Source: an uncultured Clostridia bacterium (lineage in GTDB: Bacteria; Bacillota; Clostridia; Christensenellales; Aristaeellaceae). From it: a DNA stretch of 64,000 nt. The position numbers and the translations under genes were made by a program. Location: NCBI GenBank assembly GCA_947565865.1, contig CANOHT010000009.1, positions 10,142 through 74,141 of the forward strand, read 5' to 3'. Position 1 is the stretch's first letter, and each line of letters begins with the position of its first letter. The notes beneath the pieces were generated by a model that worked only from the letters and a program-made list of their open reading frames with translations, was not told the DNA's origin and did no database searches. Shown here piece by piece: positions 34,642-44,096 of the stretch.

Positions 34642-37047
34642 TCACTGCGTCAGCATGGAGGCTGGGCGGTCAACCTCCAGCGGAGAGGATTCACTGTCGC
34701 CGCCGAAGAGGTTCTTCAGCCAGCTGCCGATGGATGGGGCGCCGCCTTGAACCGCGGCCACCTGGACGGACTGTACGCCCTCTAGCAGTATGCCGTTGTC
34801 CAGCAGCTCCGCGTGAACGGGGATCACCCGGTAGGTGTAGGTGACGCCGGGCTGTGCTTTCGCGTCTGCGTAGTAGAGCACCTCGCCGGGAGAGCCGCGC
34901 AGCTCCGTCAGAATAAAGCTTTCCCCGATGGCGTCGCGCTGAATGCGGTAGACCGCTGTGGCGGAGGGCTCGATGACCAGCAGGGGCTGGCCGCTGTCGT
35001 TGTGGGTGACGTAGAAGGATTTCGCCTGGGCGGGGGCTGTCCACACATCGGAGTACTGGGTGGGCTGGGTGCCCTCGCGGAAATATTCCGTGACGCGGTA
35101 ATTGGAGGGCGTCAGGCTGCCGGCCAGCATCACCTGCCCGCGCCATTCGATGGCCTTTTTGTCGATGGTGGCGGAAACGATGCCGCTGGGCTTGCTGAAG
35201 TCCGGCTTCTTGCGGTCGGCATAGTAGTCCTTGAGGAAATTCCGTGCCAGGGTGGCGGGATTGGTGCCGCCGGAGACGCTGTTGGACAGGCGATGACTGC
35301 TGTCAGGCTGGTCGTAGCCCATCCATACGGCGACGGACAGTTCAGGGGTGTAAGCGGCCATCCAGGCGTCGCGGTTGCCGCCGCCTTTTTCATTGACGGT
35401 GCCGGTCTTGCCTGCCACAGGCGTTCCCGCGCCGGACAGCCTGGAGCCCGTGCCCGAGGAGGTGACTGTGCGCAGCATGTGGGTCATAAGGTAGGCCGTC
35501 TGCGCGGAAAGCACGGTATTGCCGCTGTCCTGATGCTGGTAAACCACCACGCCGTCCCGGTCGGTGATGCGCTCAATGAAGTAGGGCGCGTGGAAGGTGC
35601 CGCCATTGGCAAAGGGGGAGAAGGCGGCGGCCATCTGCACCGGGGAAACGCCGTAGGTCATGCTGCCCAAGGCCAGGGAAAGGTTGCTGTCCCGCTCGTC
35701 CAGGGGGATGCCCACGGCGGTGAGGTACTTACGGCTGTTGGCCATGCCGATGCTTTGCAGCACCTTGACGGCGGGAATGTTCAGACTGTTCTTCAGCGCC
35801 GTGCGCACCGTGACGTTGCCGTAGTAGGCGTTGCCGGCATTGCGCGGGCGGTAGCCGTTGAAGTTGGTAGGCTCGTCCAGCACGACGCTGGCGCAGGTCC
35901 AGCCGGCGTACTCCATGGCGGGGGCGTATACGGACAGGGGCTTGAGCGAGCTGCCGGGCGATCGCCGCAGCTGCGTGGCCCGGTTCAGCCCGCGGCGGGT
36001 GGTGTATTCCCGGCCGCCCACAACAGCGCGGACGGCTCCTGTGGCCGTGTCCACAGCGGCGGCGGCGGATTGCACCGGCACGCCGTCCTTGGCGTTGGCG
36101 GGGAAAATATTCTTGGTGTACTGCTCGTCCAGAATAGACTGCATGGCGGGATCCAGGGTGGTGTCGATCCGGTAGCCGCCTGCCAGCAGCACCTCGGCGG
36201 ATACATCCAGCTGAAGCTCCGCCTCGTCCAGCACCGCGTCCACGAACCAGCCGTAGGCCGTTTCGGCGGCGGAGGAAGTGTCAAGGGGCGCGACGTTTTC
36301 GGCCTTGGCTTCCTCATACTGGGCCTGGGTCAGCATGCCCTCGTTCCGCATGGTAGCCAGGATGTATCCCCGCCGCTCCCTGTTGTTGTCCGGCTTGGTT
36401 TGGATGGAATAGGCGGAGGGAGCCTTGATGGCGGCTGCCAGCGCGGCTGCCTGGGCGGGGGTCAGGTTGGCGGCGTCCACGCCGAAGGTGACTTCCGCCG
36501 CGGCCTGAATGCCATAAGCGCCCTGGCCAAAATAGATGAAGTTCAGGTACATTTCCAATATTTCGTCCTTGGTGAAGCGGTGCTCGATCTGCACCGCCAG
36601 CCAGACCTCCTCCAGCTTGCGGGCCAGGGTTTTCTGGCTGGAAAGGTGAGACAGCTTCGCCAGCTGCTGGGTGATGGTGGACGCGCCCTGACCATAGCCG
36701 CCGGAGCGCAGATTGCTGATGACGGCGCCGAAAATACGGGTTACGTCGAAGCCTGGATGCTTATAGAACCGCAGGTCCTCCGCCGCCAGAAAGGCGTTAA
36801 CCACATGGTCGGGCAGGCTTTCCAAGGCAATGACCTTGCGGTTTTCCTTGCCCACCAGGGTGGTGACGTACTGGCCGTCCTTATCGTGGATCGCGCCGGT
36901 CTGCGCCAGATCTGTGAGCTTGGCGGGGTCAAGGCGCTGCCAGGAGGCCACGTCAAAATAAAGGTAAGCGCCGATTAGTGCGCCGATGACCACAAGGATT
37001 CCCACGACGGCCGCCGTCCTGCGGATGACCCGCCCCTTATCACGCAT
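34642..37047 (-). CDS. Class A penicillin-binding protein (PBP1A-type transglycosylase/transpeptidase)
   Basis: I set the start at ATG 37047, 7 nt after AGGAGG. The GT51 motifs EDLRFYKHPGFD and GASTITQQLAK are present. The transpeptidase motifs SSLKP (SxxK), SLN (SxN) and KTGT are present. An N-terminal TM helix and a C-terminal beta-rich extension of about 200 aa are also present. Confidence 0.95.
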   Translation of the reverse strand: MRDKGRVIRRTAAVVGILVVIGALIGAYLYFDVASWQRLDPAKLTDLAQTGAIHDKDGQYVTTLVGKENRKVIALESLPDHVVNAFLAAEDLRFYKHPGFDVTRIFGAVISNLRSGGYGQGASTITQQLAKLSHLSSQKTLARKLEEVWLAVQIEHRFTKDEILEMYLNFIYFGQGAYGIQAAAEVTFGVDAANLTPAQAAALAAAIKAPSAYSIQTKPDNNRERRGYILATMRNEGMLTQAQYEEAKAENVAPLDTSSAAETAYGWFVDAVLDEAELQLDVSAEVLLAGGYRIDTTLDPAMQSILDEQYTKNIFPANAKDGVPVQSAAAAVDTATGAVRAVVGGREYTTRRGLNRATQLRRSPGSSLKPLSVYAPAMEYAGWTCASVVLDEPTNFNGYRPRNAGNAYYGNVTVRTALKNSLNIPAVKVLQSIGMANSRKYLTAVGIPLDERDSNLSLALGSMTYGVSPVQMAAAFSPFANGGTFHAPYFIERITDRDGVVVYQHQDSGNTVLSAQTAYLMTHMLRTVTSSGTGSRLSGAGTPVAGKTGTVNEKGGGNRDAWMAAYTPELSVAVWMGYDQPDSSHRLSNSVSGGTNPATLARNFLKDYYADRKKPDFSKPSGIVSATIDKKAIEWRGQVMLAGSLTPSNYRVTEYFREGTQPTQYSDVWTAPAQAKSFYVTHNDSGQPLLVIEPSATAVYRIQRDAIGESFILTELRGSPGEVLYYADAKAQPGVTYTYRVIPVHAELLDNGILLEGVQSVQVAAVQGGAPSIGSWLKNLFGGDSESSPLEVDRPASMLTQ

Positions 37048-37170
37048 GAAATCGCCTCCTGTATTCGACTGCATTCTTGCCATTCTGGTTCAAAATTGTG
37101 CATGACGGCCCGTGGTAGTTTCTGCCGAAGATGAAAAAGTGAATTGAAATTTTACATTTTTTCAAAAAAG

Positions 37171-37199
37171 CTGGTCAAATGCGTCGGGATGGGCTATAA
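37171..37199 (+). promoter_or_regulatory. Sigma-A type promoter for the SBP-galK genes
   Basis: TGGTCA (37171-37176), a 17-nt spacer, then TATAAT (37194-37199). Confidence 0.5.
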
Positions 37200-37236
37200 T
37201 GGACACATTGATTATTCGAATGAAGGAGCGATGCAG

Positions 37237-38742
37237 ATGCGCAGGTGCTTATCTTGGCTGATAGCGGTTGTGCTGCTGGCCACATGCGCTTCCGCCCTGG
37301 GGGAGGGAACGGCTGATCCGGCAGGCCGGTTCACCATGGCGGGGCTGGATGATGCGTCCACCAATCATGACTGGGAGTCCAATATGTTCTTCCGCCGAAT
37401 GGAGGAAAGAACCGGCGTTTCCTTTATCTTTGACCAATACGGAGAGCGGAAGGCGTGGGAGGAGTTCAAGCTGAACATGGGCGTGCGGAACACGGAACTG
37501 CCCGATGTTCTCTTCAAGGCCGACCTGACGCCCAGGGAGACCCAGGACTGGTATGAGAAGGGGATCCTGATCGACCTTCGGCCTTATTTGGAGGAACACG
37601 CGCCCAACCTGATGATCCTTCTGCAGGGCCATCCGGAATGGCTGGAGGCCATCACCCTGCCTGACGGCGCGATTGTCGCCCTGCCCAGCTTCAATGAATT
37701 GCAGAACAACAACGCCATGTGGATCAACACCGCCTGGCTTCAGGAACTGGGTCTTGATATGCCATCCACCGCTGACGAGCTGACCGAAACGCTTCGGGCC
37801 TTCAAGACCCTGGACCCCAACAGGAACGGCAGGCGGGACGAGACGCCCCTGACCTTCACCGGCATGTGGGATCTGCGCTATCTGGGCCATGCCTTCGGCC
37901 TGGTCAGCAACGATTATTATGTCATCGCGGAGGACGGCGTGGTGTCTTCCATTCTGACCACGGATGAAAATCGCGCCTTTTTGGCCTGGCTGAATCAGCT
38001 GTGGCAGGAGGGGCTGATCGACCAGATGGGCTTTAGCAGCCTGGACACCACCCGCCGCATCACCGACAAGGACGCGGTGATGACCTACGGTATCTTCATG
38101 GGCCCTACGCCCATGAATATGGTGCCCGCCGACAGCATGAATCAGTACAGCGCCCTGCCGCCCCTGACGTATGACGGCCGGCAGGTGTACCGTGATCTCA
38201 CCGGCGACGTGGTGCTGGGCGCCTTCGCCATCACCTCCGAATGTGACGATCCCGCGGCGCTGGTGCGCTGGGTGGACTTCCTTTACACCGAGGAAGGCTG
38301 TCATCTGGCCCAGGCGGGCCTGGAGGGCGAGGACTTCGTCTTCAACGAGGACGGCACCTGGGACTGGGTGGAGGAGCCTGAAGTGGTCGCCACCACGGTG
38401 ATGGCGGACGTCACCATCGCTGACGGCGGCGCCGCTCCCGGCTATTCTTCCCTGGATTTCCAGCTGCGCTTTGACGATCACGATACCCATCGCCTGGTGA
38501 CGGAGCTGCAGGCTGTCAAGCAGTGCGCCGTTTTGCCCTATCCTATCCGCTATCTGACGGCGGAAAAGGAAACGCGCATCGCGGCGCTGCAGGCGGAAAT
38601 CGCTCCCTATGCCGAGCAGCAGATGATTTGGTTCGTGACGGGGGATGTGCCGCTGAACGATGAAACCTGGGATGAATTCTGCCGCACACTGACGGAAAAG
38701 GGCCTGGACGAGATGGTCGCCCTTTGGCAGGAAGCACTTTGA
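37237..38742 (+). CDS. Extracellular solute-binding protein (family 1 ABC SBP, lipoprotein-like signal)
   Basis: I set the start at ATG 37237, 8 nt after AAGGAG 37223-28. The signal is MRRCLSWLIAVVLLATCAS. The length and the W/D-rich sugar-SBP look fit the family. No permease or ATPase gene is adjacent. Confidence 0.8.
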   Translation: MRRCLSWLIAVVLLATCASALGEGTADPAGRFTMAGLDDASTNHDWESNMFFRRMEERTGVSFIFDQYGERKAWEEFKLNMGVRNTELPDVLFKADLTPRETQDWYEKGILIDLRPYLEEHAPNLMILLQGHPEWLEAITLPDGAIVALPSFNELQNNNAMWINTAWLQELGLDMPSTADELTETLRAFKTLDPNRNGRRDETPLTFTGMWDLRYLGHAFGLVSNDYYVIAEDGVVSSILTTDENRAFLAWLNQLWQEGLIDQMGFSSLDTTRRITDKDAVMTYGIFMGPTPMNMVPADSMNQYSALPPLTYDGRQVYRDLTGDVVLGAFAITSECDDPAALVRWVDFLYTEEGCHLAQAGLEGEDFVFNEDGTWDWVEEPEVVATTVMADVTIADGGAAPGYSSLDFQLRFDDHDTHRLVTELQAVKQCAVLPYPIRYLTAEKETRIAALQAEIAPYAEQQMIWFVTGDVPLNDETWDEFCRTLTEKGLDEMVALWQEAL

Positions 38743-38763
38743 TATTGCTGGAAGGACGGAATA

Positions 38764-40050
38764 TTGCGCATGGATATGTATGCCTCGATGATCCGCAATC
38801 TGAAAACGCCCCAGATTATGGAGCGCCTGAACCACCTCTACGGCAGCCGCGACGGTATGATGGTGGAGCAGACCACCCGTTACATCGGTATCCTGAAGCG
38901 TCATGAAGAGCTCTTTCACGCCGAGGAGGAGGTGCTGCTGGTCAGCGCCCCCGGCCGCACGGAGATCGGCGGCAACCATACCGACCACAACAAGGGCCGG
39001 GTGTTGGCCGCTGCCGTGAACCTGGACACGCTGTCCGCCGTTTCCCGCAGGGGGGATCATACCGTCAACCTGTATAGCGACGGCTATCCCGCGCTGAACA
39101 TCGACCTGACCGACTTGAGCGTACATGAGGAAGAAAAAGGCACAACTGCCGCGCTGATCCGCGGCGTGGCCGCGAAGATGGCGGAGCTGGGCTATCGCAT
39201 CGGCGGCTTTGACGCTGTGGCGACCTCCTCCGTGGCCTCCGGCAGCGGGCTGAGTTCCTCCGCGGCCTTCGAGGTGATGACCTGCGCCATCCTGGACGCG
39301 CTGTACAATGATTTTGTCATTGACTACAAGCAGCGGGCCAAGATCAGCCAGTACGCCGAAAATGTTTACTTCGGCAAGCCCTCCGGTCTGCTGGATCAGA
39401 TGGCTTCCTCCGCCGGCGGCTTGGTCACGGTGGACTTCAAGCACGAGGATCCTGAGGTGCGGCGGATGTCCTTCGACTTTGCTGCCAACGGTTACGCTTT
39501 GGTGGTGGTGGCTACCGGCGGCAGCCATGCCGACCTGACGGACGACTATGCCGCCATCCCCGCCGAGATGAAGCGGGTCGCCGCGCTGATGGGCGAGGAG
39601 GTATTGCGCCGCATCCGTCCTGAGGAATTCCATCAGGCCATCCCCGACTTGCGGGGCAAGGTGTCCGACCGGGCGCTGCTGCGGGCGCTGCATTTCTTTG
39701 ATGAGGATGACCGGGTGGTACGCCAGGTGGAGGCGCTGGATCGCAACGACCTGGGGGCTTTCTTCTGGGAGATCATCTGCTCCGGCCGTTCCAGCTACAT
39801 GTATCTGCAAAACGTTTATGCCAATCCGCAGGATGAAAGCCTGGCCCTGGCCCTGGCTTTGGCGGAGCGCATGCTGGTCAACCGGGGCGGCTGGCGCATC
39901 CATGGCGGCGGCTTCGCCGGCACGACGCTGAACTTCGTGCCGCTGGATGACCTGCATCACTTCATCGAGGTGATGGAGGGCGCTTTCGGCCAGCGCTGCT
40001 GCCATGTGCTGGACATTCGTCCGGAGGGAGCGGCGGTCATCCGGCTGTAA
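38764..40050 (+). CDS. galK: Galactokinase (GHMP kinase)
   Basis: The galactokinase signature is SAPGRTEIGGNHTDHNKGRVLAAAV, and the GHMP ATP loop is SGSGLSSSAAFEV. The start is TTG 38764 (7 nt after GAAGGA) or ATG 38770. Confidence 0.9.
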   Translation: MRMDMYASMIRNLKTPQIMERLNHLYGSRDGMMVEQTTRYIGILKRHEELFHAEEEVLLVSAPGRTEIGGNHTDHNKGRVLAAAVNLDTLSAVSRRGDHTVNLYSDGYPALNIDLTDLSVHEEEKGTTAALIRGVAAKMAELGYRIGGFDAVATSSVASGSGLSSSAAFEVMTCAILDALYNDFVIDYKQRAKISQYAENVYFGKPSGLLDQMASSAGGLVTVDFKHEDPEVRRMSFDFAANGYALVVVATGGSHADLTDDYAAIPAEMKRVAALMGEEVLRRIRPEEFHQAIPDLRGKVSDRALLRALHFFDEDDRVVRQVEALDRNDLGAFFWEIICSGRSSYMYLQNVYANPQDESLALALALAERMLVNRGGWRIHGGGFAGTTLNFVPLDDLHHFIEVMEGAFGQRCCHVLDIRPEGAAVIRL

Positions 40051-40127
40051 AAATTGAGTTGACAGCGGAGGACGCATGTGCTATCATCATCTTGGTTGGG
40101 CTGTCCCGGCCGACATAATCGCATAAG

Positions 40128-40262
40128 CCACTTGAAGCTTCTTCGGGGCAGGGTGCAAATCCCTACCGGCGGTAAAGCCCGCGAACCTCACCCGCAAGGG
40201 TCTGGCCGAATCGGTGAAATTCCGATGCCGACAGTATAGTCTGGATGAAAGAAGAGCGCTGG
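40128..40262 (+). promoter_or_regulatory. FMN riboswitch (RFN element)
   Basis: The conserved core is CTTCGGGGCAGGGTGCAAATCCCTACCGGCGGTAAAGCCCGCGA...GGTCTGGCCGAATCGGTGAAATTCCGATGCCGACAGTATAGTCTGGATGAAAGAAG. It sits upstream of a RibU-type transporter gene. Confidence 0.9.
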
Positions 40263-40356
40263 AAATACGCAGGGCGTGTCCGCATGGACGGCCTGTTTCC
40301 GCCCCTGATAAGCAAGCTGCTTCAGGGGCGCGCGTATTTTACAAGGAGGTTTTCCC

Positions 40357-40992
40357 ATGCGTAAGACCCTGTCTGTCCAGTACCTGACCCGAATCGCCGT
40401 GCTGACGGCCCTGGCCTCCATCCTGTTCCTGCTGGAAATTCCGGTGGTTGCCTTCTACAAGCTGGATCTGTCGAACCTGCCGGTGCTGCTGGGGGCGTTT
40501 TCCATGGGCCCCATGGCGGGCCTGACCATCCTGCTGCTCAAAAGCGTCATCGGTATGCTGCACTCCACCAGTATGTATGTGGGTGAGCTGGCCGACTTCA
40601 TCATGGGCGCGGCGCTGATGCTTCCCGCGGCGCTGATCTATCGCCGGAAGAAGACGCGCGGGAGCGCCGTCCTCGGCATGACGGCAGGCACGGCGGTGCT
40701 GGTGGTGGTCGGCGTGCTGGTCAATTGGAAGATCATGCTGCCCTTCTATATGACGGCCTACGGCATGCCGATGGAAGCGGTTATCGGCATGGCTTCCGCC
40801 GCGGTTCCCCTGGTGGAAGCGGAGTGGCCGCTGCTGCCGTTTGTGACGCCCGAGTGGAAGCTGCTGCTTCTGGTCACCGGGCCTTTCAACCTGCTTAAGG
40901 GAACGGTACTTGGTATCCTGACTTACCTGATGTACAAGCGGCTGTCGCCCCTGCTGCACGTCAAGGGCGCGGCGCAAAGGAGCGCTTACTGA
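40357..40992 (+). CDS. ribU: ECF-transporter S component for riboflavin (RibU)
   Basis: 211 aa with about 6 TM helices. The sequence TRIAVLTALASILFLLEIPV...LPVLLGAF is RibU-like. The gene is directly controlled by the FMN riboswitch. Confidence 0.85.
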   Translation: MRKTLSVQYLTRIAVLTALASILFLLEIPVVAFYKLDLSNLPVLLGAFSMGPMAGLTILLLKSVIGMLHSTSMYVGELADFIMGAALMLPAALIYRRKKTRGSAVLGMTAGTAVLVVVGVLVNWKIMLPFYMTAYGMPMEAVIGMASAAVPLVEAEWPLLPFVTPEWKLLLLVTGPFNLLKGTVLGILTYLMYKRLSPLLHVKGAAQRSAY

Positions 40993-41432
40993 TGATTTCT
41001 CATTCTCCCGAGGAAACCCGCGCCTTTGGGGAGCGGCTGGCCCTTCGCCTTCAGGCGGGGGACGTGCTGCTGCTTCTGGGCGATCTGGGGGCGGGAAAAA
41101 GCGAACTGACCCGGGGACTGGCCCGGGGCCTGGGCGTGACGTCCACCGTGACCAGCCCTTCCTTTACCATCCTGAATGTGTACGACGAGGGCCGTCTGCC
41201 GCTGTACCATTTTGATTGGTACCGGCTCAGCGGCGCCGGAGAGCTCTATGAGATGGGTATGGATGAATACCTGGGGGGCGACGGCGTGGCGGTGGTGGAG
41301 TGGCCCGATCAATGCCCTGAGGCCATCCCCGAGGATGCGCTGCGGGTGACCCTGTCGCCCCTGGGGGAGAATGAGCGCGAGATTACCCTGACGCCCTGCG
41401 GACGCTTCCGCGTGATGGAGGAACACCAATGA
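40992..41432 (+). CDS. tsaE: tRNA t6A37 biosynthesis ATPase TsaE
   Basis: The Walker A motif is GDLGAGKSELTRGLARGLG, followed by SPSFTI and YHFDWYRL. The start overlaps the ribU stop by 1 nt. Confidence 0.9.
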   Translation: MISHSPEETRAFGERLALRLQAGDVLLLLGDLGAGKSELTRGLARGLGVTSTVTSPSFTILNVYDEGRLPLYHFDWYRLSGAGELYEMGMDEYLGGDGVAVVEWPDQCPEAIPEDALRVTLSPLGENEREITLTPCGRFRVMEEHQ

Positions 41433-42136
41433 AGCTGCTGGCGATTGATACTTCCGGTCCGGTGTGCGGCGTGGCGATCCTGACAGAGGAGGGCCTGAGG
41501 GCGGAACGGCTGGTGCAGAACAAGCTGACCCACTCGGTGAACCTGCTGCCGATGATCGACAGTGCCTTTCAGGATGTCGGGCTGACCATTGCCGACATGG
41601 ATCGTCTGGCGGCGGTGACGGGCCCTGGCTCGTTTACCGGGGTGCGCATCGGCGTGAGCACCCTGAAAGGCCTGGCTCATGGCGCGAACAAGCCCTGCGT
41701 GGCTGTGAACGCGCTGGAAGCTATGGCGTCGGGCGCCGGGGGCTTTGACGGCGTTGTCTGCCCCATCCAGGACGCACGGGCAGGGCAGGTGTACGGCGCG
41801 GCCTTCCATACGGCCATGGGGGAGCGTCCGAAGCGTCTGATGGCGGATACGCCCATTCGGCTGGAGGACTATGCGGAACAGCTTCGCGGCATTGGCGACC
41901 GCTTCCTTTTCCTGGGGGATGGTATGCCGGTGCATCGCCGGCGAATCCAGGAGCTGCTGGGGGACGCCGCCGTTTTTGCGCCCGCTCATCAGGCGAGCCT
42001 TCGCCCGGGGGCTGCGGCGTGGCTGGCTTCCATGGAGACAGAGGAGCTGACCTATACGGAGCTTCAGCCGCTGTACCTGCGCGCGCCCAGCGCCGAACGC
42101 AACCGCAGATTGATGGAGGCCGCACATGCCGAATGA
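41429..42136 (+). CDS. tsaB: tRNA t6A37 biosynthesis protein TsaB
   Basis: MKLLAIDTSGPVCGVAIL and GPGSFTGVRIGVSTLKGLA are TsaB-like. The start forms an ATGA overlap with tsaE. Confidence 0.9.
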   Translation: MKLLAIDTSGPVCGVAILTEEGLRAERLVQNKLTHSVNLLPMIDSAFQDVGLTIADMDRLAAVTGPGSFTGVRIGVSTLKGLAHGANKPCVAVNALEAMASGAGGFDGVVCPIQDARAGQVYGAAFHTAMGERPKRLMADTPIRLEDYAEQLRGIGDRFLFLGDGMPVHRRRIQELLGDAAVFAPAHQASLRPGAAAWLASMETEELTYTELQPLYLRAPSAERNRRLMEAAHAE

Positions 42137-42629
42137 GTGCCTGATCCGCCGGATGACCCTGGCGGATGTGGAAGCCGTGGCGGCCGTCGAGGCGGCGGTC
42201 TTCCCAACGCCATGGAGCGCTGATGCCTTCCGCCAGGAGCTAACCCGGAACGCCGTGGCCCGTTACCTGGTGGCTGAAAGGGATGGACAGGTGATCGGCT
42301 TTGCCGGGGCCTGGATCATCCTGGATGAAAGCCACATCACCAATATCGCCGTCCTCAGCGCGTATCGCGGACAGGGATATGGCCGGCGGCTCACGCAGGC
42401 GCTGATGCAGTACCTGGCTACCCTGGGCGCGGCCTACGCCACCCTGGAGGTGCGCAAGTCCAACCTGATCGCCCAGCAATTGTACAAATCCCTTGGATAT
42501 GTCAGCGTCGGCGTGCGCAAACGCTATTATGAGGACAACCATGAGGATGCGCTGCTGATGGTATGCGAGCATATGCCGGAGGCCGATCCTGATTTTGAGG
42601 AAGAGGAGACCGTCTATACGGCGGAATAA
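42126..42629 (+). CDS. rimI: Ribosomal-protein-alanine N-acetyltransferase
   Basis: The GNAT core is ITNIAVLSAYRGQGYGRRL. The conserved tsaE-tsaB-rimI order supports the call. Confidence 0.85.
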   Translation: MPNECLIRRMTLADVEAVAAVEAAVFPTPWSADAFRQELTRNAVARYLVAERDGQVIGFAGAWIILDESHITNIAVLSAYRGQGYGRRLTQALMQYLATLGAAYATLEVRKSNLIAQQLYKSLGYVSVGVRKRYYEDNHEDALLMVCEHMPEADPDFEEEETVYTAE

Positions 42630-42672
42630 AGCGCAAGCGCGGCCATGATCGCTTCTGGCCGCGCTTGCTGTT

Positions 42673-44046
42673 TTACGGGCGATCCCTGGGGGAAAGGGCT
42701 GCGTCCTGGATGGCGGGGGCGGCTTCCACTTGCCCGAGGATGTCAAAGGAGGAGCCGTGGCAGGGGCATTCCCACAGACCGCTGTCGGCGTTGTAGCGCA
42801 GGGGACAGCCCATGTGCGGGCACTTGGGTGTGCCAGGGGAGGTCAAGCCGTGCACAAAAGCCTTGGCGGAGGCGAGCAGGGCGGTACGGTCGAAGGCGCT
42901 TCGGCCCGGGTAGCGGCGGAAGGGCAGAAACAGCGGACTCTCGGGCAGAGGACGCCCGATGACGGCTCCCGTCAGCAGCCTGGCCGCCAGAAAGGAGCCG
43001 GTCAGTCCCAGACCGCCAAAGCCGGTAGCCATCATCAATCGGCTGTCGCGGGGATGCAGCGGCCCGACTAGCGGCAGACCGTCCCGGCTGAAAACCTCCC
43101 GGCGGAGTATCACCTGGCGGGTCTCGCTTTCTGGCAGCAGAGCCCGCAGGGTGCGGTCCCGGATGAGGGCGGCGCCGTCTGCCTGATCGGTGCCGTAGGC
43201 TCCGCGGTCCCAGGTCATCAACAGGCCCTCCTGACAGGGGCGAAGGGTCATTTCGTCGCTGTGGACGGAAAGCTGAGCGCTGTGCAGCGGAGCGGCGGAG
43301 GTCAGCAGCCGCAGTTCGCGCAGGCGAGGGGCCATCAGTGCCAGCAGGGAACGGTCATGGCAATCCAGCGGCGCGCCGGTGCACAGAATGACCCAGGAGG
43401 CTTCGACGACACCTTGGGGCGTGGTTAGCCGGTGCCCCTCCAGGCGGCGGACGGGACTTTGCTCGTAAATCTGGCAGCCTAAAAGGGCGGCGGCTTCCGC
43501 CATGCCCAGCACATAGGGCAGGGGAGAAAGCAGTCCCTGATGCTTCATAAGCGCGGAGCGCTCCACCGGAAAGGGACAGCCTCCCGCGTCCGTACCCTCC
43601 GCGACAGGCAGACCGAGCTCCCGTTCCAAGGCCATCAGCCGGTGCAGCGCGGGCAGGTCATCCTCGGTTTCAGCGAAGGCGAAGGCGTCGCAGGCTGTTA
43701 TGTCGCAGGGCTGCGGCAGGCGCTGAGCCAGCGCAATGACCCCGGTAACGGCCTCTCGCATCAGTTGGGCATAGGAGCGAACCACCGCCATGTCCCGGGT
43801 GCGCGCGGCGGTGGTCAGCGCGTGGATGGCCTGACAGGTGATCATCCCCGCACAGCCTGCCGTTGCGCCTTCGGCCAGGGCGCGGGCCTCCAGAAGCGCC
43901 GTCCGTACGCCGTTTTCACTCAGCATCAGCGCGGCGGTTACGCCAGCCAGTCCGCCGCCCACCACCACTGCGTCCACGCGGCACAACCCGCGCAGCGGAG
44001 GGTAGTCCTGACGGATACCCTGCTGCCATGTCGGAAATTCGGACAT
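42673..44046 (-). CDS. FAD-dependent oxidoreductase with a C-terminal Rieske [2Fe-2S] domain
   Basis: I set the start at ATG 44046, 6 nt after GAGGTG. The N-terminal dinucleotide fold is VDAVVVGGGLAGVTAAL. The C-terminal Rieske motif is CPHMGCPL...CPCHGSSF. Confidence 0.85.
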   Translation of the reverse strand: MSEFPTWQQGIRQDYPPLRGLCRVDAVVVGGGLAGVTAALMLSENGVRTALLEARALAEGATAGCAGMITCQAIHALTTAARTRDMAVVRSYAQLMREAVTGVIALAQRLPQPCDITACDAFAFAETEDDLPALHRLMALERELGLPVAEGTDAGGCPFPVERSALMKHQGLLSPLPYVLGMAEAAALLGCQIYEQSPVRRLEGHRLTTPQGVVEASWVILCTGAPLDCHDRSLLALMAPRLRELRLLTSAAPLHSAQLSVHSDEMTLRPCQEGLLMTWDRGAYGTDQADGAALIRDRTLRALLPESETRQVILRREVFSRDGLPLVGPLHPRDSRLMMATGFGGLGLTGSFLAARLLTGAVIGRPLPESPLFLPFRRYPGRSAFDRTALLASAKAFVHGLTSPGTPKCPHMGCPLRYNADSGLWECPCHGSSFDILGQVEAAPAIQDAALSPRDRP

Positions 44047-44096
44047 TACCATCACCTCATAGCAAGGATTCACCAAGGAGGCAAGGAGGATTCATC

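Noticed and set aside
37249-40077. A 942-aa ORF on the minus strand, one of the longest in the six-frame track.
   Set aside because: It runs antisense across two confidently recognised plus-strand genes, the SBP gene and galK. Its composition is Arg/Gly/Ala/His/Gln-rich, there is no SD, and I recognise no motif. Long stop-free antisense frames are expected in ~65% G+C DNA. The same reasoning rejects 1300..3066(-), 5114..6514(-), 6587..8002(-), 12780..14600(-), 18037..19575(-), 22454..24055(+), 34813..36978(+), 45553..47265(-), 56317..57999(+) and 60729..62513(-).
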